Shown here one piece after another: positions 51,950 through 64,000 of a stretch of DNA of 64,000 nt. The notes beneath the pieces are model-generated. The model was not told the origin of the DNA, ran no database searches, and worked only from the letters and a program-made list of their open reading frames with translations. Each line of letters starts with the position of its first letter. The first letter of the stretch is position 1. The DNA is taken from positions 62,001 through 126,000 of the forward strand of contig CDPCPM010000430.1 of assembly GCA_976551045.1 (NCBI GenBank), given 5' to 3'. The stretch is from Glaucostegus cemiculus (Eukaryota). The position numbers were made by a program, and so were the translations under genes.

Positions 51950-52580
51950 TCTATCCCATTCCCCCACTTATTCTCTCTCTGTGCCCATAAACACTGATTC
52001 TCCTACCCTTCACCCCACGGGTGATTTACAGCAACCAATTAACCCACAAACCCATCGTTTAGTAAGGGTAGCAAGGACAAGCTGGGGAACTACGGTCGGT
52101 CAGCCTGACATCAGTGGTGGGAAAAGTTACTGGAGGGAATTCTGAGGGACAGGATCTACCAGCATTTGGATAGGCAGAGTCTGATTAGAAGGAGTCAGCA
52201 TGGCTTTGTGTATGGAAAGTCGTGCTTGACGAACCTTTTTAGAGTTTTGTTTTGAAGACGTAACCGAAACGGTAGATGAGGGTAGGGCAGTGGATGTTGT
52301 CTATTTGGACTTTTGCAAGTCCTGTGACAAGGTCCCACATGGGAGGCTGGTCTGGAAGGTTGGGTCCCATGGAATCCAGGGGGAGCTGGTTAGGTGGATT
52401 CAAAATTGGCTAGGAGGTAGGAAGCAGAGGCTGGTGGTTAAAGGTTGTTCCTCAGAATGGAGGCTGGTGACCAGTGGTGTGTCACAGACCCTCACGACTT
52501 TAGGGTGTGGAGGTAATTGGGGCACCCAGGAAAGCCCACGTGGTCACAGGGAGAACGTGGGAAGTCCACACAGACAGTAC
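51950..52580 (-). mobile_element. V-SINE split by an internal + CR1 RT fragment (52054-52482)
   Basis: SINE halves flank ORF 52290 (VYLDFCKSCDKVPH); cacaaaccc and cacagaccc flank the insert. Confidence 0.75.
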
Positions 52581-53336
52581 TGTAGTGCTACTTTTCTGTT
52601 TTTTCTACTTTTGTTTTATTGAGTAACAGGTAAACTTTGAATTGAGATTTATAGATTAAGAGACATTTTGAGCATGTGTGAAGGTCATAGAAATAAAGAA
52701 ATCAATAGAGGGTTTGGCAGGTAGATGCATGGACGATGCTTCCCTTGACTGCGGGTTTCTCGAACCAGAAGTCAAACTCAAGAGTAAGGAAGTGACCTTC
52801 TGGGGCTGAGATAAGAGGATAGTGGATGTCAGTAATTCTCCACCCAGTGTGGACACTGAGACTTTGAGCATATTGAAGACAGATCCATAGATTTTTGAAC
52901 ATTAAGGGAATCAAGGGATATATACGGTGCAGAAAAATGGAGCCACCACCTACTGATAACAAGGGGCCAAAGAGCCTACCCACTACCACTATTTATGTTC
53001 ATTGGTTAGAGACTATAATATTATTTAAGTGAAGACTGAAGAAAATATAGACAATTATAATTTAACAAATGTAAACAAACATTACTCAAAACTGATAATT
53101 CTTCTGTGAAACAATATTTTGTAAAAAAAAAAGGTTTAATATTGAAATATACTGCATTTCTCTCAGAATACATGAAACCAACAAAAATTCAAAGCATCAG
53201 AGGAGAAATCAAAGGTCACCGAGACCAATCTGAGTAGACTCTGCACCTTTGTGACCGAAGAAATTCACAATCAGTGCATTCAGACATTGAAAATGACTCC
53301 AGTGCAGCCCCAGTGGAGGTAACCGGCCGACCATAC

Positions 53337-53525
53337 CTGGTACTTTTCCTTCTCGGTGAGGCGACTGAGCTCCCGGAACTCCAGCTGAATGCTGGTCACC
53401 TCCGCGACGGTGCTGTCAGAGGTCCAGCGAGGTGGGTGGGCAGTCCCGCGGCCAATATTCACATCAGAGTACGGGATCTCGGACGGCGTGTTGAAGGCTG
53501 GCATGAGGCGGTCCCCAAGCTCACT
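53337..53525 (-). CDS. MAN1B1: MAN1B1 exon
   Basis: aatag|AGT GAG...CAG|gtatgg; [25 protein letters not shown]...[14 protein letters not shown]. Confidence 0.95.
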
Positions 53526-54914
53526 CTATTAACGCAGGAAGCAAAAGCATTTAGTCCCGCATCACTGCAGAGCAAGAAACATGAACCAAGTGTCAAGTGT
53601 AAACTATACAGATAGCACTATTCTCAAACTGTACACCAATAAAACATTATTACTTTAAACATTTGGTTTATTGGTACTTGAACTTTAAGGAAAGGGTGAC
53701 TGGGTTTGGGCATTGTCAAGTTTAAAACATTCTAGCTAGGGATGCTAAAACTTATAAATCAGTTGCGTCATGTATAAAGTAACAGCAGTTAGACAAGGGC
53801 AAACAATTCTAACCAAGACCAAAGTAATGAATATAAGTAGACTAGTAAACGAAATGTGACAGGAAAAAAGGGCTGTTAAAGGCAGTCTTTAGTGCCCATT
53901 GAATTTGAACTTTGCCACCGGGATATTTGCGAAGACAAACCGTCGACAAAGCTTTGCCGTAACATGGTATTTTTAAAAAAAAATTACATTGTTCTTCCCG
54001 TTTGCTAAAACAAACATGTCTCCCTCCCCTTTTTCTATCAAATTCATGAGAAGCCAAGCAACTAGACAAGAGAAGGAACACACTTATGAAAAGTTCAAAG
54101 AAATCAGTGAATGGGTACAAAGAAAAATAGGAAATCAGACGGGAGTGGGAATACTTCAACATCACTGGCTGGGTTGATGGCAGCGAAAGTTAAAAAAAAT
54201 GTGATCCAGAACTTCAGACATGTGACATTTGTGTGTCACAGACCAAGCAAAGTAAAGCTAACTGGATAGGGTGGCCTGTGCCAATATTGTGCTGGGTAAT
54301 CAGAGGTCAGGCAGACATCTTCACTCACACTCAAAGCATCTTGAGAGAATGTTTTACTGAGGTTGTAAAATGCATCATGAAAAATACCTTAAGCTCAAGG
54401 CACAAGTCAAATTATGTGGCCTAACTATCGATAATAAAGCATAGAAGAAGTTGATTAAATTTGAAAAATACAGATTGTTTATCTATCAGTCGTTTGGCTC
54501 TAATAATCACAAAGATGAACTCTTGCAAGGTAACTGGCCTTTGGGACCACAAAGACAATAAAATTCTACACACCCTCTCGTCACAGGCACTGAGCCTCAA
54601 ACATTATCGGATACACAACGAATCACAGCTGTAGAAGACAAATGAAGCTCATCAATCTTCAATTATCACAGCAAGTCTGAGATTATTTATTCAGAACAAA
54701 GTTATAGCCACAGGGTCAGGTTGGATTCCTTACCATTTCGACCTTCCCCTCCTCTCCCACAGGTGTCCACAGGCACCTCATCTCACACTTTGCTCCAGTG
54801 ACATCCCATGTGCAAACTTACAGCACTTTGTCCCAGTGATTATCCTAGTGCCAAGCTCAAGACAATGCAAATTCCCCGTTCCATCTAACCCCGACAATCT
54901 CCCTAACCGGACTG

Positions 54915-55310
54915 CTTCCCTGTGTAGCAGCCAGCATAATCAAAGACCCCACTCATCCAGGACATTCTCTCTTCTCCCATCGGGTAGAAGATACAGGTGC
55001 CTGAGGGCACGTACCACCAGACTTAAGGACAGCTTCTATCCCACTGTGATAAGACTATTGGAACGGTTCCCTTATACAATGAGATGGACTCTGACCTCAT
55101 GATCTACCTTGCTGTGACCTTGCACCTTATTGCACCGCACTCTCTCTGTAGCTGTGACACTATTCTGTACTGTTACAGTTTTTACCTGTACTACATCAAT
55201 GCACTTTGTACTATGTAACTGTATATTGAATTGACCTGTACAATAGGTTTGTAAGACAAGCTTTTCACTGTACCTCGATATAAGTGACAATAATAAACCA
55301 ATACCAATAA
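54915..55310 (+). mobile_element. Rex1/Babar 3' end, close to the 17141-18423 copy
   Basis: LPSGRRYRCLRARTTRLKDSFYPTVIRLL; tail gtgacaataataaaccaata. Confidence 0.88.
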
Positions 55311-55519
55311 TAACATCAGTGAGTGTCTTTAATTAACCCCATTGTCCAAGAACAAAGTCTGTTTCAGATATCTGATCAGTTTTCCCTTCCTGCTCCAACC
55401 ATTACATATTCCAACAAGACTCAAGATGAAGGTACCTTCCCAACTTCTCCCCTTGTCTCTTAGTTACTAATTGCTGATCCCTCTTTAACGATGCCTGGCA
55501 AGAGGAAACAATGTCCCTG

Positions 55520-58210
55520 TCATGGACAAGAAGCCAAGACGGTAAGATGAGGGAACCTTGGTGACCAAAGGAAACTTGAAGATTTGGTGAGAGAGGAGGA
55601 GGAAGAGTATGTCAGGTGTAGGCAGCTGGTAACGAGTCCTTTTGAGGTTTACAGGGGATGTAGGAGACAATTTTTAAAAATTAGAAGGGTGAAAAGAGGA
55701 CATCTAAGTAAACCAGATTAAGAAGAATCCCAAAACCTTGGGTGACTATATTAGGAGCTAGAGGATAGCTAAGGAAAGAGCAGGTCCCCTCAGGAAGCAG
55801 AGGGGCAATTATGTGTGGAGCTGGGGGGCCGGAATGAATACCTCTCACTGGGATTCACCAGGGAGAAGGGGTGGAGTGTTAGGGGAGGGCAATGCTGATA
55901 TTCTGGAGCACGTCTGTCAGAAAGGAAGCATTAGAAATACTGATGCACATCAAGATGGATAAATCCCCAGGGCCTGACCGGATCCATCACAGAATGCTGT
56001 CGGAAGCAAGGGAGGAGATTGCTGGGCTTCGAACAGAGAATTTTGCATTTTCGTCAGCCATGGGTGAAGTTCCAGAAGACTGAAGGATAGTTAATGTTGC
56101 CCCCCAACTTTTTCCCAAAAAGGGCAGAAGTGATAACCCAGGAAACTACAAGCCAGTGAGTTATCCATGAAAAGGAGGGAAAATGATTGGAAACAAATCC
56201 TAAGAGATAGGGTTTATGTTCACCTGGAAAGGCAGGGATTGATAGGGAGGAGTCAGCATTGTGTCGTGCAGGGGAGATCCTGTCTTACAATTATGGCTGA
56301 ATTTTTTGAGGAAGTAACTAAGAAAAATCAAGGCAGAGCAATAGAATGGCTTACACGGACTTTAGCGAGGCTCTTGACAAAGTCCCGCACGGTAGGCTCG
56401 TCAAAGTGAAGACACATGGAATCAAAGGTGCGTTGGCAAACTAGATCCAAAATTGGCTTGGTGAGAGGAGGCAGTGGAGGGGTGTTTGTCTGACTAGAAG
56501 TCAGAGACTGGTGGTGGACTGCAAGGATGGGTGTGGGACCTTGTTTGTCAGATATAGATAGATTTGGATGAGAATATAAGTGGACAGTGGTGGCAGATGG
56601 AATTTAACCCAGACAAGCGTGAGGTAATACATTTTGGGATGTCACGAACTGGCAGAACATGTACAGTAAATGGCAGGGAGCTCAGGAGATGGAGTCATAG
56701 AGTTGTACAGCATAGAAACAGGCCCTTCAGCCCACTGTGTCTATGCTGACCATCATGCCTATCTACACTGATTCCACTTGCCTGCATTAATTCCATGTCG
56801 CTCATGCTTTTCTCATTCAAGTCCCTGCCCAGATGCCCCTTAAATGTTGTTACCGTTCCTGCTTCCGCCACCTCCTCTGACAGCTCATTCCAGATACCAA
56901 CCACTCTGTGTGAAAAATTTACCCCTCAGATTCTCCTTAAACCTCCTCCCTCTCACCTTAATCATATGCCCTCTAGTTTTAGACATCCCTACCATGGGAA
57001 ACAGACACTGGCTATCGACCTTACCTGTGCCTCTCAGTGTTGTACACCTCCATCAGGTCACCTCTCAGCCTCATTTGCTTCAGGGAAAACAGTCCAGGCT
57101 TATCCAATCCCTCATTATAACTAAAGTCCTCCAATCCAGGCAACATCCTTGTGAATCTCTATCTTTACGCTCTATAGCTTAAACAATCCTTCCTATAGTA
57201 TACCTCAGTGAGTAGAACTGCACACAAAACTCGAAGTGCAGTTGTAACACGACGTCCCAACTCTTGGACTGAATACCTCAGCGGATGAAGGCCAGCATGC
57301 CATATGCCTTCTCACTATCCAGTCTACCTGCATTCCCAATGTCAGGAAAAATGTACTCGCACCCCAAAATCTCTATTCTATAACAATCCCCAGGCCCTGA
57401 TATTCACTATGTCTTGCCCTAGTTTAACTTCCCAAAATGCATCACCACTCTGCCATTCCCTTGCCCACCTTCCCAGTTGATCGAGACCCTGTTGTAAGCT
57501 TAGGCCAACCTTCTAAGGACTGCTGATGTACAGAGAGACCTTGGTGTACAAGTTCACAGTTCTCTGAAAATGGCGACGCAGGTGGATAGGGCCGTGAAGA
57601 AGACATTCACAAACTTGTCTTCACAGGCTGGAGCACTGAGTGTAAAGGTTGGGATATCACGTTGCATTCCTACGGTCAAGATCGGCAAGGCTACACCTGG
57701 AGTATTGTGTCCAGTTCTGGTCACCACACTACAGGAAGCATGTGGTACTATTACAGAGAATGTGGAAGAGATTCAGCAGGATGTTGCCTGGAATGGAGGC
57801 TAGCGTTATGAGAGACTGGATCGGCTGGGTTTGTTCTCACTGGACTGTAGGAGGCTGAAGTATGATCTTATAGAGAGCTATAAAAGTGAGGAGCATAGAT
57901 AAGGTAGAGAGAGTCTTTCTCCTAAGGCGTCTAGAACTGGAGGGCACAGGTTCAAGGTGAGAGGGGAGAAATTTGAAGGAGATCTGAGGGGTACGTTCCT
58001 TCACACAGAGGATGGTGGTTATCTGCAACGTGTTGCCAGAGGAAGTGGAAAAGGTGGATGCAATTACAGCATTTAAAAAGCATTTTGACAGGAAGGGAGG
58101 AGAGCGATATAAGTCTAATGCAGGCAGGTGGGATCATCTTAGGTGGGCACCAGAGTCAGCATGGACAATTTGCCCCAAAGGGCCTGTTATGGCGATCTAC
58201 AACTCTCTAA
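55520..58210 (+). mobile_element. CR1 (+) split by a minus-strand CR1 3' part (about 56690-57515)
   Basis: ORFs 55892, 56167, 56564, 57570 and 58012 on + and 56695 on -. Confidence 0.85.
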
Positions 58211-58590
58211 CCGTTTCCCACCACGACACTGAGAAGGATCCTATTTTTCCCTTCCCCAAAAAGAAATTTATATCCATCAGCCAGGGCACAACCCATGACG
58301 TCTCAAGGACGGTGGGGGTAAGGACATGGGTCATGCACCAGATTTCCCAGCTATATGGCACAAGCATCGAGCAGAGAGGCTGCCACAGCTGTGCAGGCAT
58401 CTGCTTACTAATCAGGTGACCACCCACGGCGAAGAGCCGCGCAGTAAATCAGCAACTTTAACACTCCTTCCCTGAATTAGGACTGTACAACAGCAGATAA
58501 TAACTATTCTGTATTAGTTCTTTTAATGTCAAACATTAGTACTTGACTGCTTCATAATGCGCTAAATTACAGAGAAGGAAAAATCCTTAC

Positions 58591-58739
58591 TGCTTTATCC
58601 AGGAAGACCTGATCTCCAGTTAGATTGTACACACTGAGCAATCCACCAAGAATACGAATTGTTGTCTCAAACAAGTTCACATCCACGCTTTTACCAAGAT
58701 TCAATTCGTTGATCACCCATTTCCTGGCTTCTTCAAATT
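58591..58739 (-). CDS. MAN1B1: MAN1B1 exon
   Basis: tttag|AA TTT...GCA|gtaagg; EFEEARKWV...[32 protein letters not shown]. Confidence 0.95.
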
Positions 58740-59070
58740 CTAAAAATCACAAAATAATTATGTACAGAACTGATTCTGAAAAAGGAAAAATAAAGTGATG
58801 AGAAATGGCAAATTTAGAAACAATTTGACTTTTGGTACAGGGCAACTTCCTGCAGTGCACAAAGCACAATTTAACATACCTTTTTGAAATGCCAAATGCA
58901 TTCTTCATCTACACCACAAATGTAGTCTTAAAAGGTCATTTGATTTTTAACTGGTAGTAACTTCATTCTCCAAATGTAGAAAACAAAATTGTACTGCCAT
59001 CTAAAAGATCTCGTGCCCGTCTTACACCAAAGGACAATGATAGCGGAGTTATGCAATTCATTGAACTCAC

Positions 59071-59256
59071 CTTGTTTTAGGCCCAAAATCCACATCGTGT
59101 CCAGGGCATCAATTAGTGTCAATCCTAAGCCGAACCATTCACTGTAAGTCTTAGAGATCGGCTTCAGTTCATCATGCCCCCAGGCATACTGTTTGTATCC
59201 CTTCCACGCATGCTGGAATGCTTCTATCACTGCCTTCTGCTGCTCATTTACAGTGG
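59071..59256 (-). CDS. MAN1B1: ER alpha-1,2-mannosidase I (GH47) exon
   Basis: tgtag|CC ACT...CAA G|gtgagt; [28 protein letters not shown]...[13 protein letters not shown]. Confidence 0.95.
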
Positions 59257-60919
59257 CTACAAGTGAACAGAACCAAATGAGGCTGCTGCAGCTACATTAA
59301 ATGCTAACGTGCAGATCACTGCATTAGAGGTTTCAAAAAAATAAAAATATGAACTCTCACAAAGGCAGAGTTTTAAAGTGGGCAGTTTATTTTCCCTCCT
59401 GACCTGTCCATCTAGGCTCCTGTCCTCTCCTAACTCTTGCTGTTCTTGGGTTCTACTTCTGCTGGTGATTTTCCAGTACCTCAGGTTCAAGGTCAAAGAA
59501 CTCAAACATGTTCTCCAGATGACCACATTCAAACATTTTCTTGGCTAAGCAACCAAACAGTTATCAGAAGGCAAGATGCAATGACTTTTATTCTCCTTTC
59601 TCCCAATTACAGCTTAAACCTGCACAAGACACCAGGCTAAGGAAAGCAGGCAAGGATCTTTGCAATGTTTTCAGGTTACCTCAAGGTGTTTAACAATGAA
59701 GTCAGCACTCCATAAGTGTAGTTGCTGTTGTGATACAAAAGCAGAATTGGAAGCAGCAATTAAAAAAACCCTTTTTTTTTTAAGGAAAGTGAGAAAATAG
59801 TGTGGAATGGAATACTTAAAGATCAGAAAAATGCCTTTTCTATCAAAAGGAAACTCACTTCAACTGGGAAGAAAAATGAGGTAATTTATGTACTTCGAAT
59901 TTAAGTAGTGATGGGATCTGATAACATTTGATGGATTGAAATACTCAACATGTCCAAACAATGCAAACACCTAGTGTTAAACAAGGTGCGGCCTGGCTCA
60001 GAATGGAACTACTGACTGAGAGAGGTGCTTCTGGCCTCAGGTCTGGTGGTTTGAATACATTATTTAGACTGGCAATTCAGTGCTTTAGGGCACTGCACAT
60101 GCAGGAGAAATGATGAACTATAAATGTCTTCTCTCTCAGCAGACTGATGCTTGGAATGGAAGTAAATAGTTTTGCAGCCAGAACAACCAGGGAGGGAATG
60201 TGAGTGGAGTAACTGGGCATACGTTCAAACTTGTAAAATACAAGTTAGGACTTGAGTCAGCATTTCTATGTGTGGGTCGATACGTGAAATTATTGTGCAA
60301 TAAAAAAAAAAGCAATGAAAAACAATTGAATTCTCTGATATGCGACCTGAAGGAACAACCTTCTCCCTTAGACATCTGCTTGTTGGAGCATGAATTTTTC
60401 AGACATAGGGTGGGGTGGATGAGGACCGAGTGAAAAATCACTGCCTACAGTGCCCTTCAGCGCTTTCCCAGTCACTTACTGCCCGATTATCTCAGCCCTT
60501 CTCAACCTCGGTGGGATTCAGCGGGGCTCCCAGCATTAACATGGTGCATAGTGCAACATTTCAATGGTGGTGTGAACGTGGCGTTAGGTAATGAGGAACC
60601 CATCTTTACAAACCCAGGTAATTAAAATCTCTATGAGCTGAAAAGCAGTTGAAATGAACATTTAACTTGACTGCCAAAATACACACTGAACCATCAAAAA
60701 AAAAAGTGGCCCTTGAAAAAGATCCAGTTGTAAATAAATTCCACGTCCTCAACGCAATTCAGGTCTTTGTTGATTTCCCATCATCCTCCGCTCTCATTTT
60801 TGACTACATGAAATGTAAAAAACAATAATGAAAGTATCAAACGGGTAAACTGAGAATGTCACAGTAGATCTGTCACACTCCCTTCCAACAGGGAGAAGCC
60901 AAGGGGATGGGGTATTAGA

Positions 60920-62610
60920 TGCTCAACCAGATGAGGTGATGCATTTTGGGAGGTTAGCACATAAGAAACAGGAGCAGAAGGAGACCATCCGGCCCGTCGA
61001 GCCTGCTCTGCCCTTCAATAAGATCACAGCTGATCTGGCTGTGGACTCAGAGCCACCTTCCTGCCTTTTCCCCCTAATCCTTAATTCCCCTGCTCTGCAA
61101 AGATCTACCTGACGGTGTCTTAAATATATTTAATGAGGGAGCCTCTGCTGCTTCTCCGGGCAGAGAATTCCACAGATTCACTGCTCTCTGGGAAAAGCAG
61201 TTTCTCTTCATCTCCATCCTGAATCTATTCCCCCGAATCTTGATGCTATGTCCCCAGTTCTAGTCTCACCTACCAGTGGAAACAACCTTCCTGTCTCTGC
61301 CTTATTAATCCCTTTCATAATTTCATATGTTTCTATAAGATCCCCTCTCATTCTTCTGAATTCCAGTGAGTACAGTCCCAGGCGAGTCATTCTCTCACAG
61401 GCTAACCCCCTCATCTCCAGAATCAATCTAGTGAACCTCCTCTGCACCACCTCTAAAGCCAGCGCATCCTTCCTCAAGTAAGGAGACCGGAACTGCAGGC
61501 AGCACTCCAGACGCAGCCTCACCAGTGCCCTGTACAGTTGCGACATAACCTCCCTGCTCTTAAATTCAATCCCTCCAGCAACGAAAGCCAATGTTCCATT
61601 TGCCTTCTTGATAACCTGTTGCACCTGCAAAGCAATCTTTTGGGATTCGTGCACCAGCACTCCCAAGTCCCTCTGCACAACAGCATGCTGCAATCTTTCA
61701 CCATTTAAATTATAATTTGATCTTCTATTTTTCCTTACAAAGTGGATGACCTGGCATTTACCAACATTGTACTCCATCTGCCAGACCCTTGCCCAATCGC
61801 TTAACCTCTCTCTCTCTGAAGACTCCGCATCTTCTACGCAATTTGCTTTTCCACTCAATTAAGTGTCTCTAAATTTTCCACTCAATTTTTGTTAAATGTA
61901 AGAGAAAAGTATACAGTAAATAGCAGGACCCTTTGGTGAACTGATATACAGAGGGATCTTGGGTACAAGTTCATAGCTCTCTGAAAGTCACAACACAAGT
62001 GGATAGGGTAGTAACGAAGGCATATAGCATGCTTGCCTTCATCGGTCAGGGCACTGAGTTAGGAAGGCAGGTTCCAGCTGTATGAAACTTTGGTTAAGCC
62101 ACATTTGGAGTATTTTATGCATTTCTGGTCACCACATTACAAGAAAGATGTGGAGGATGTGGAGAAGGTACAGAAGAGGTTCACCACGACGTTGCCTGGT
62201 TTAGAGAGTACTAGCTACAAGGAGAGGTTGTATAAACTTGGATTGTTTTCTCTGGAGCGTCAGAGGCTGAGGGGAGACCTTAGAAGGATATAAAATTATG
62301 AGAGGCATCGATAGGATAGTCAGAGTCTTTTTCGCAGGGTGGACATGTCAAGTACTAGAGGGCAAAGCTTTAAGGTGAGAGGGGGAAATTTAAAGGCTTA
62401 TTATTTATTTTACAGAGCGGTAGGTGCCTGGAACATGCTGCCAGGGGAAGTGGTGGAAGGAGGTGTGATATGAACATTTAGCCAGGCACGTGAACAGGCA
62501 GGGAATGGAGTGATATGGACCACTGCAGATGGGTTTGGTTTAGACTGGCACTGTCGGTCGGTGCAGATGTGGTAGGCAGAGGACCTGATCCTGTGCTGTA
62601 CTATCCTCTG
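60920..62610 (+). mobile_element. CR1 (+) split by a minus-strand CR1 of another subfamily (about 60957-61890)
   Basis: ORF 61208..61858 (-) WQMEYNVGKC; ORF 62090 (+); gtta on both sides of the insert. Confidence 0.85.
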
Positions 62611-62899
62611 ATGAAACATACAGAGATTTGCACAGAAAATGTTCCACTTTTTACAAAGAAGTGTTCCTAGAAGGCAAGTGTTTCCTTCAACCACATCTAG
62701 AAGGCCACTGAGTTGTTCTCCTCAAGCTATTAACTCACACCAGAAAACTACTTTCTTTCTGATGTCATTAACAGTAGGACTCCAAGATGATTGATCCATC
62801 CAAGGAAAGAAGGTAATCAGCAATCTAACTTCCCAAGATCCCAAATTTTTCTTCCAGGTTCTGAAATCTATTCAGCAAAAAAAGAATTAGCAATGGAGA

Positions 62900-63200
62900 G
62901 GAACAAAGGACTGCAGATGCTGGAATCTAGATGAAAAACACAAACATGCTGGAGGAACTCAGCAGGCCAGGCAGCATCCATGGAGAAAAGCAGGCGGTCA
63001 ACATTTTGGGTCAGGACCCTTCTTCAGGACTGAAGATAGGGAAAGGGGAAGCCCAGTATATAGGAGGGAAAAGCATAGCAGTGATAGGTGGACAAAAGAG
63101 GGGAGGTGGGGTGGGCACAGGGTGGTGATAGGTAGATGCAGGGGAGGAGGGGAGAGCAGATCCACCGGGGGTGGGTCAAAGGAGAGAGAGAGGAAAACAA
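62900..63200 (-). mobile_element. Penelope-like terminal repeat with the best-preserved hammerhead motif
   Basis: ctgcagatgctggaatct...tgctggaggaactcagcaggccaggcagcatc terminus. Confidence 0.8.
62996..63031 (-). ncRNA. Minimal type I hammerhead ribozyme motif, probably inactivated
   Basis: AGUC-CUGAAGA-A-GGGUC(CU)GACCC-AAAA-UGUU-GACC; CUGANGA box and stems I and II present, GAAA box reads AAAA. Confidence 0.6.
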
Positions 63201-63382
63201 AAAGGTAGAAAAGGTAGAATTAGCAATGACAGCGAAACAAAAGCCCGGAGTTAAAGGCTACACACTGACCTTCCTGCTTTCAATTCCCCAGCTGCCTGAT
63301 GCTACTTCACAAACTGCACAACATAGTTACAAGAGGGTGAAAAGATTGACCAAGAGGAGTACACCTTACATGGCTGTGCTAC

Positions 63383-63489
63383 CTGTTTCTTTGGCGTTTT
63401 CTTTTTCATGAGACATTGGCTTCTTCTCTTGCTTTGAATCGGGTAAAGCTACGGTAACGGATTCAGGAGCAGTCTCCATCCCACGCCAA
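63383..63489 (-). CDS. MAN1B1: MAN1B1 stem-region exon; upstream exons lie outside the window
   Basis: ttgcag|T TGG CGT GGG...ACA G|gtagca; (S)WRGMETAPES...KET; SWRG start resembles the MAN1B1 stem exon; phase fits the next exon. Confidence 0.7.
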
Positions 63490-64000
63490 CTGCAAGTACA
63501 AACATCAGAAGAAAATATGAACCAGGAGTTAAACAGACATGGGTCAGAGTAAAACAGGTTAAATATTAGCTTATTCTATTAAATACTCTTGAACTATTGT
63601 TGCTCATTCATTTCACAATCGTTCCCGTGGTGCTTTAGAATGACAAATCAATTCCAGCATTCCCAGTTCATTAATTTTTACTATTTCATGACTTGTGGCC
63701 CAAATAAGGTTTCAATGACTTACCATCCCATAATTTCTGTTCAATGGAATTCACTGGCCCTGAAAAAACCCATGAGCCCTTCAATTGTTTAGAAGTTGTA
63801 CATTTTCAACCATATTACTTTTTGTTTCTAAACACGTTAATGCTATTCCAACTTCCCTAATCTGCTGTGTCTGTTCCAATCTTTATTTTGCTCTGAGTTT
63901 AGAGTCACTGGTTGCTTGATAACACACAGCAGTGAGAACACAGAGACCTCTTAGAGTTACTGACTGACAGCAACCTACATTGATTACAGAGAAAGGCACA

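Noticed and set aside
60700-60810. Possible extra MAN1B1 exon after a catgtag acceptor
   Set aside because: No convincing donor or homology, and the flanking exons already join in frame.

Overview
Eukaryotic vertebrate genomic DNA. The repeat content (CR1, Rex1/Babar, Penelope, HE1-type V-SINE) suggests a cartilaginous fish, probably a ray or shark; that assignment is inference. Three spliced protein-coding genes can be assembled by hand from GT-AG exons with consistent phases. (1) The 3' nine coding exons of DPP7 (+, 4506..35961). (2) The 3' nine coding exons of MAN1B1 (-, 63489..38080), convergent with DPP7 as in human. (3) A complete 4-coding-exon, ~608-aa BTB-BACK-6xKelch gene (-, 31355..21122) nested antisense inside the 23.5-kb DPP7 intron. 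Most other track ORFs are retrotransposon fragments or noise. The most interesting non-obvious signals are the nested kelch gene, a CpG-rich 238-bp solo LTR carrying an ETS-CRE promoter motif inside it, and a set of Penelope-derived minimal hammerhead ribozyme motifs, including one fold-back hairpin. Repeat boundaries are approximate and repeat families were recognised by eye, not by database search.
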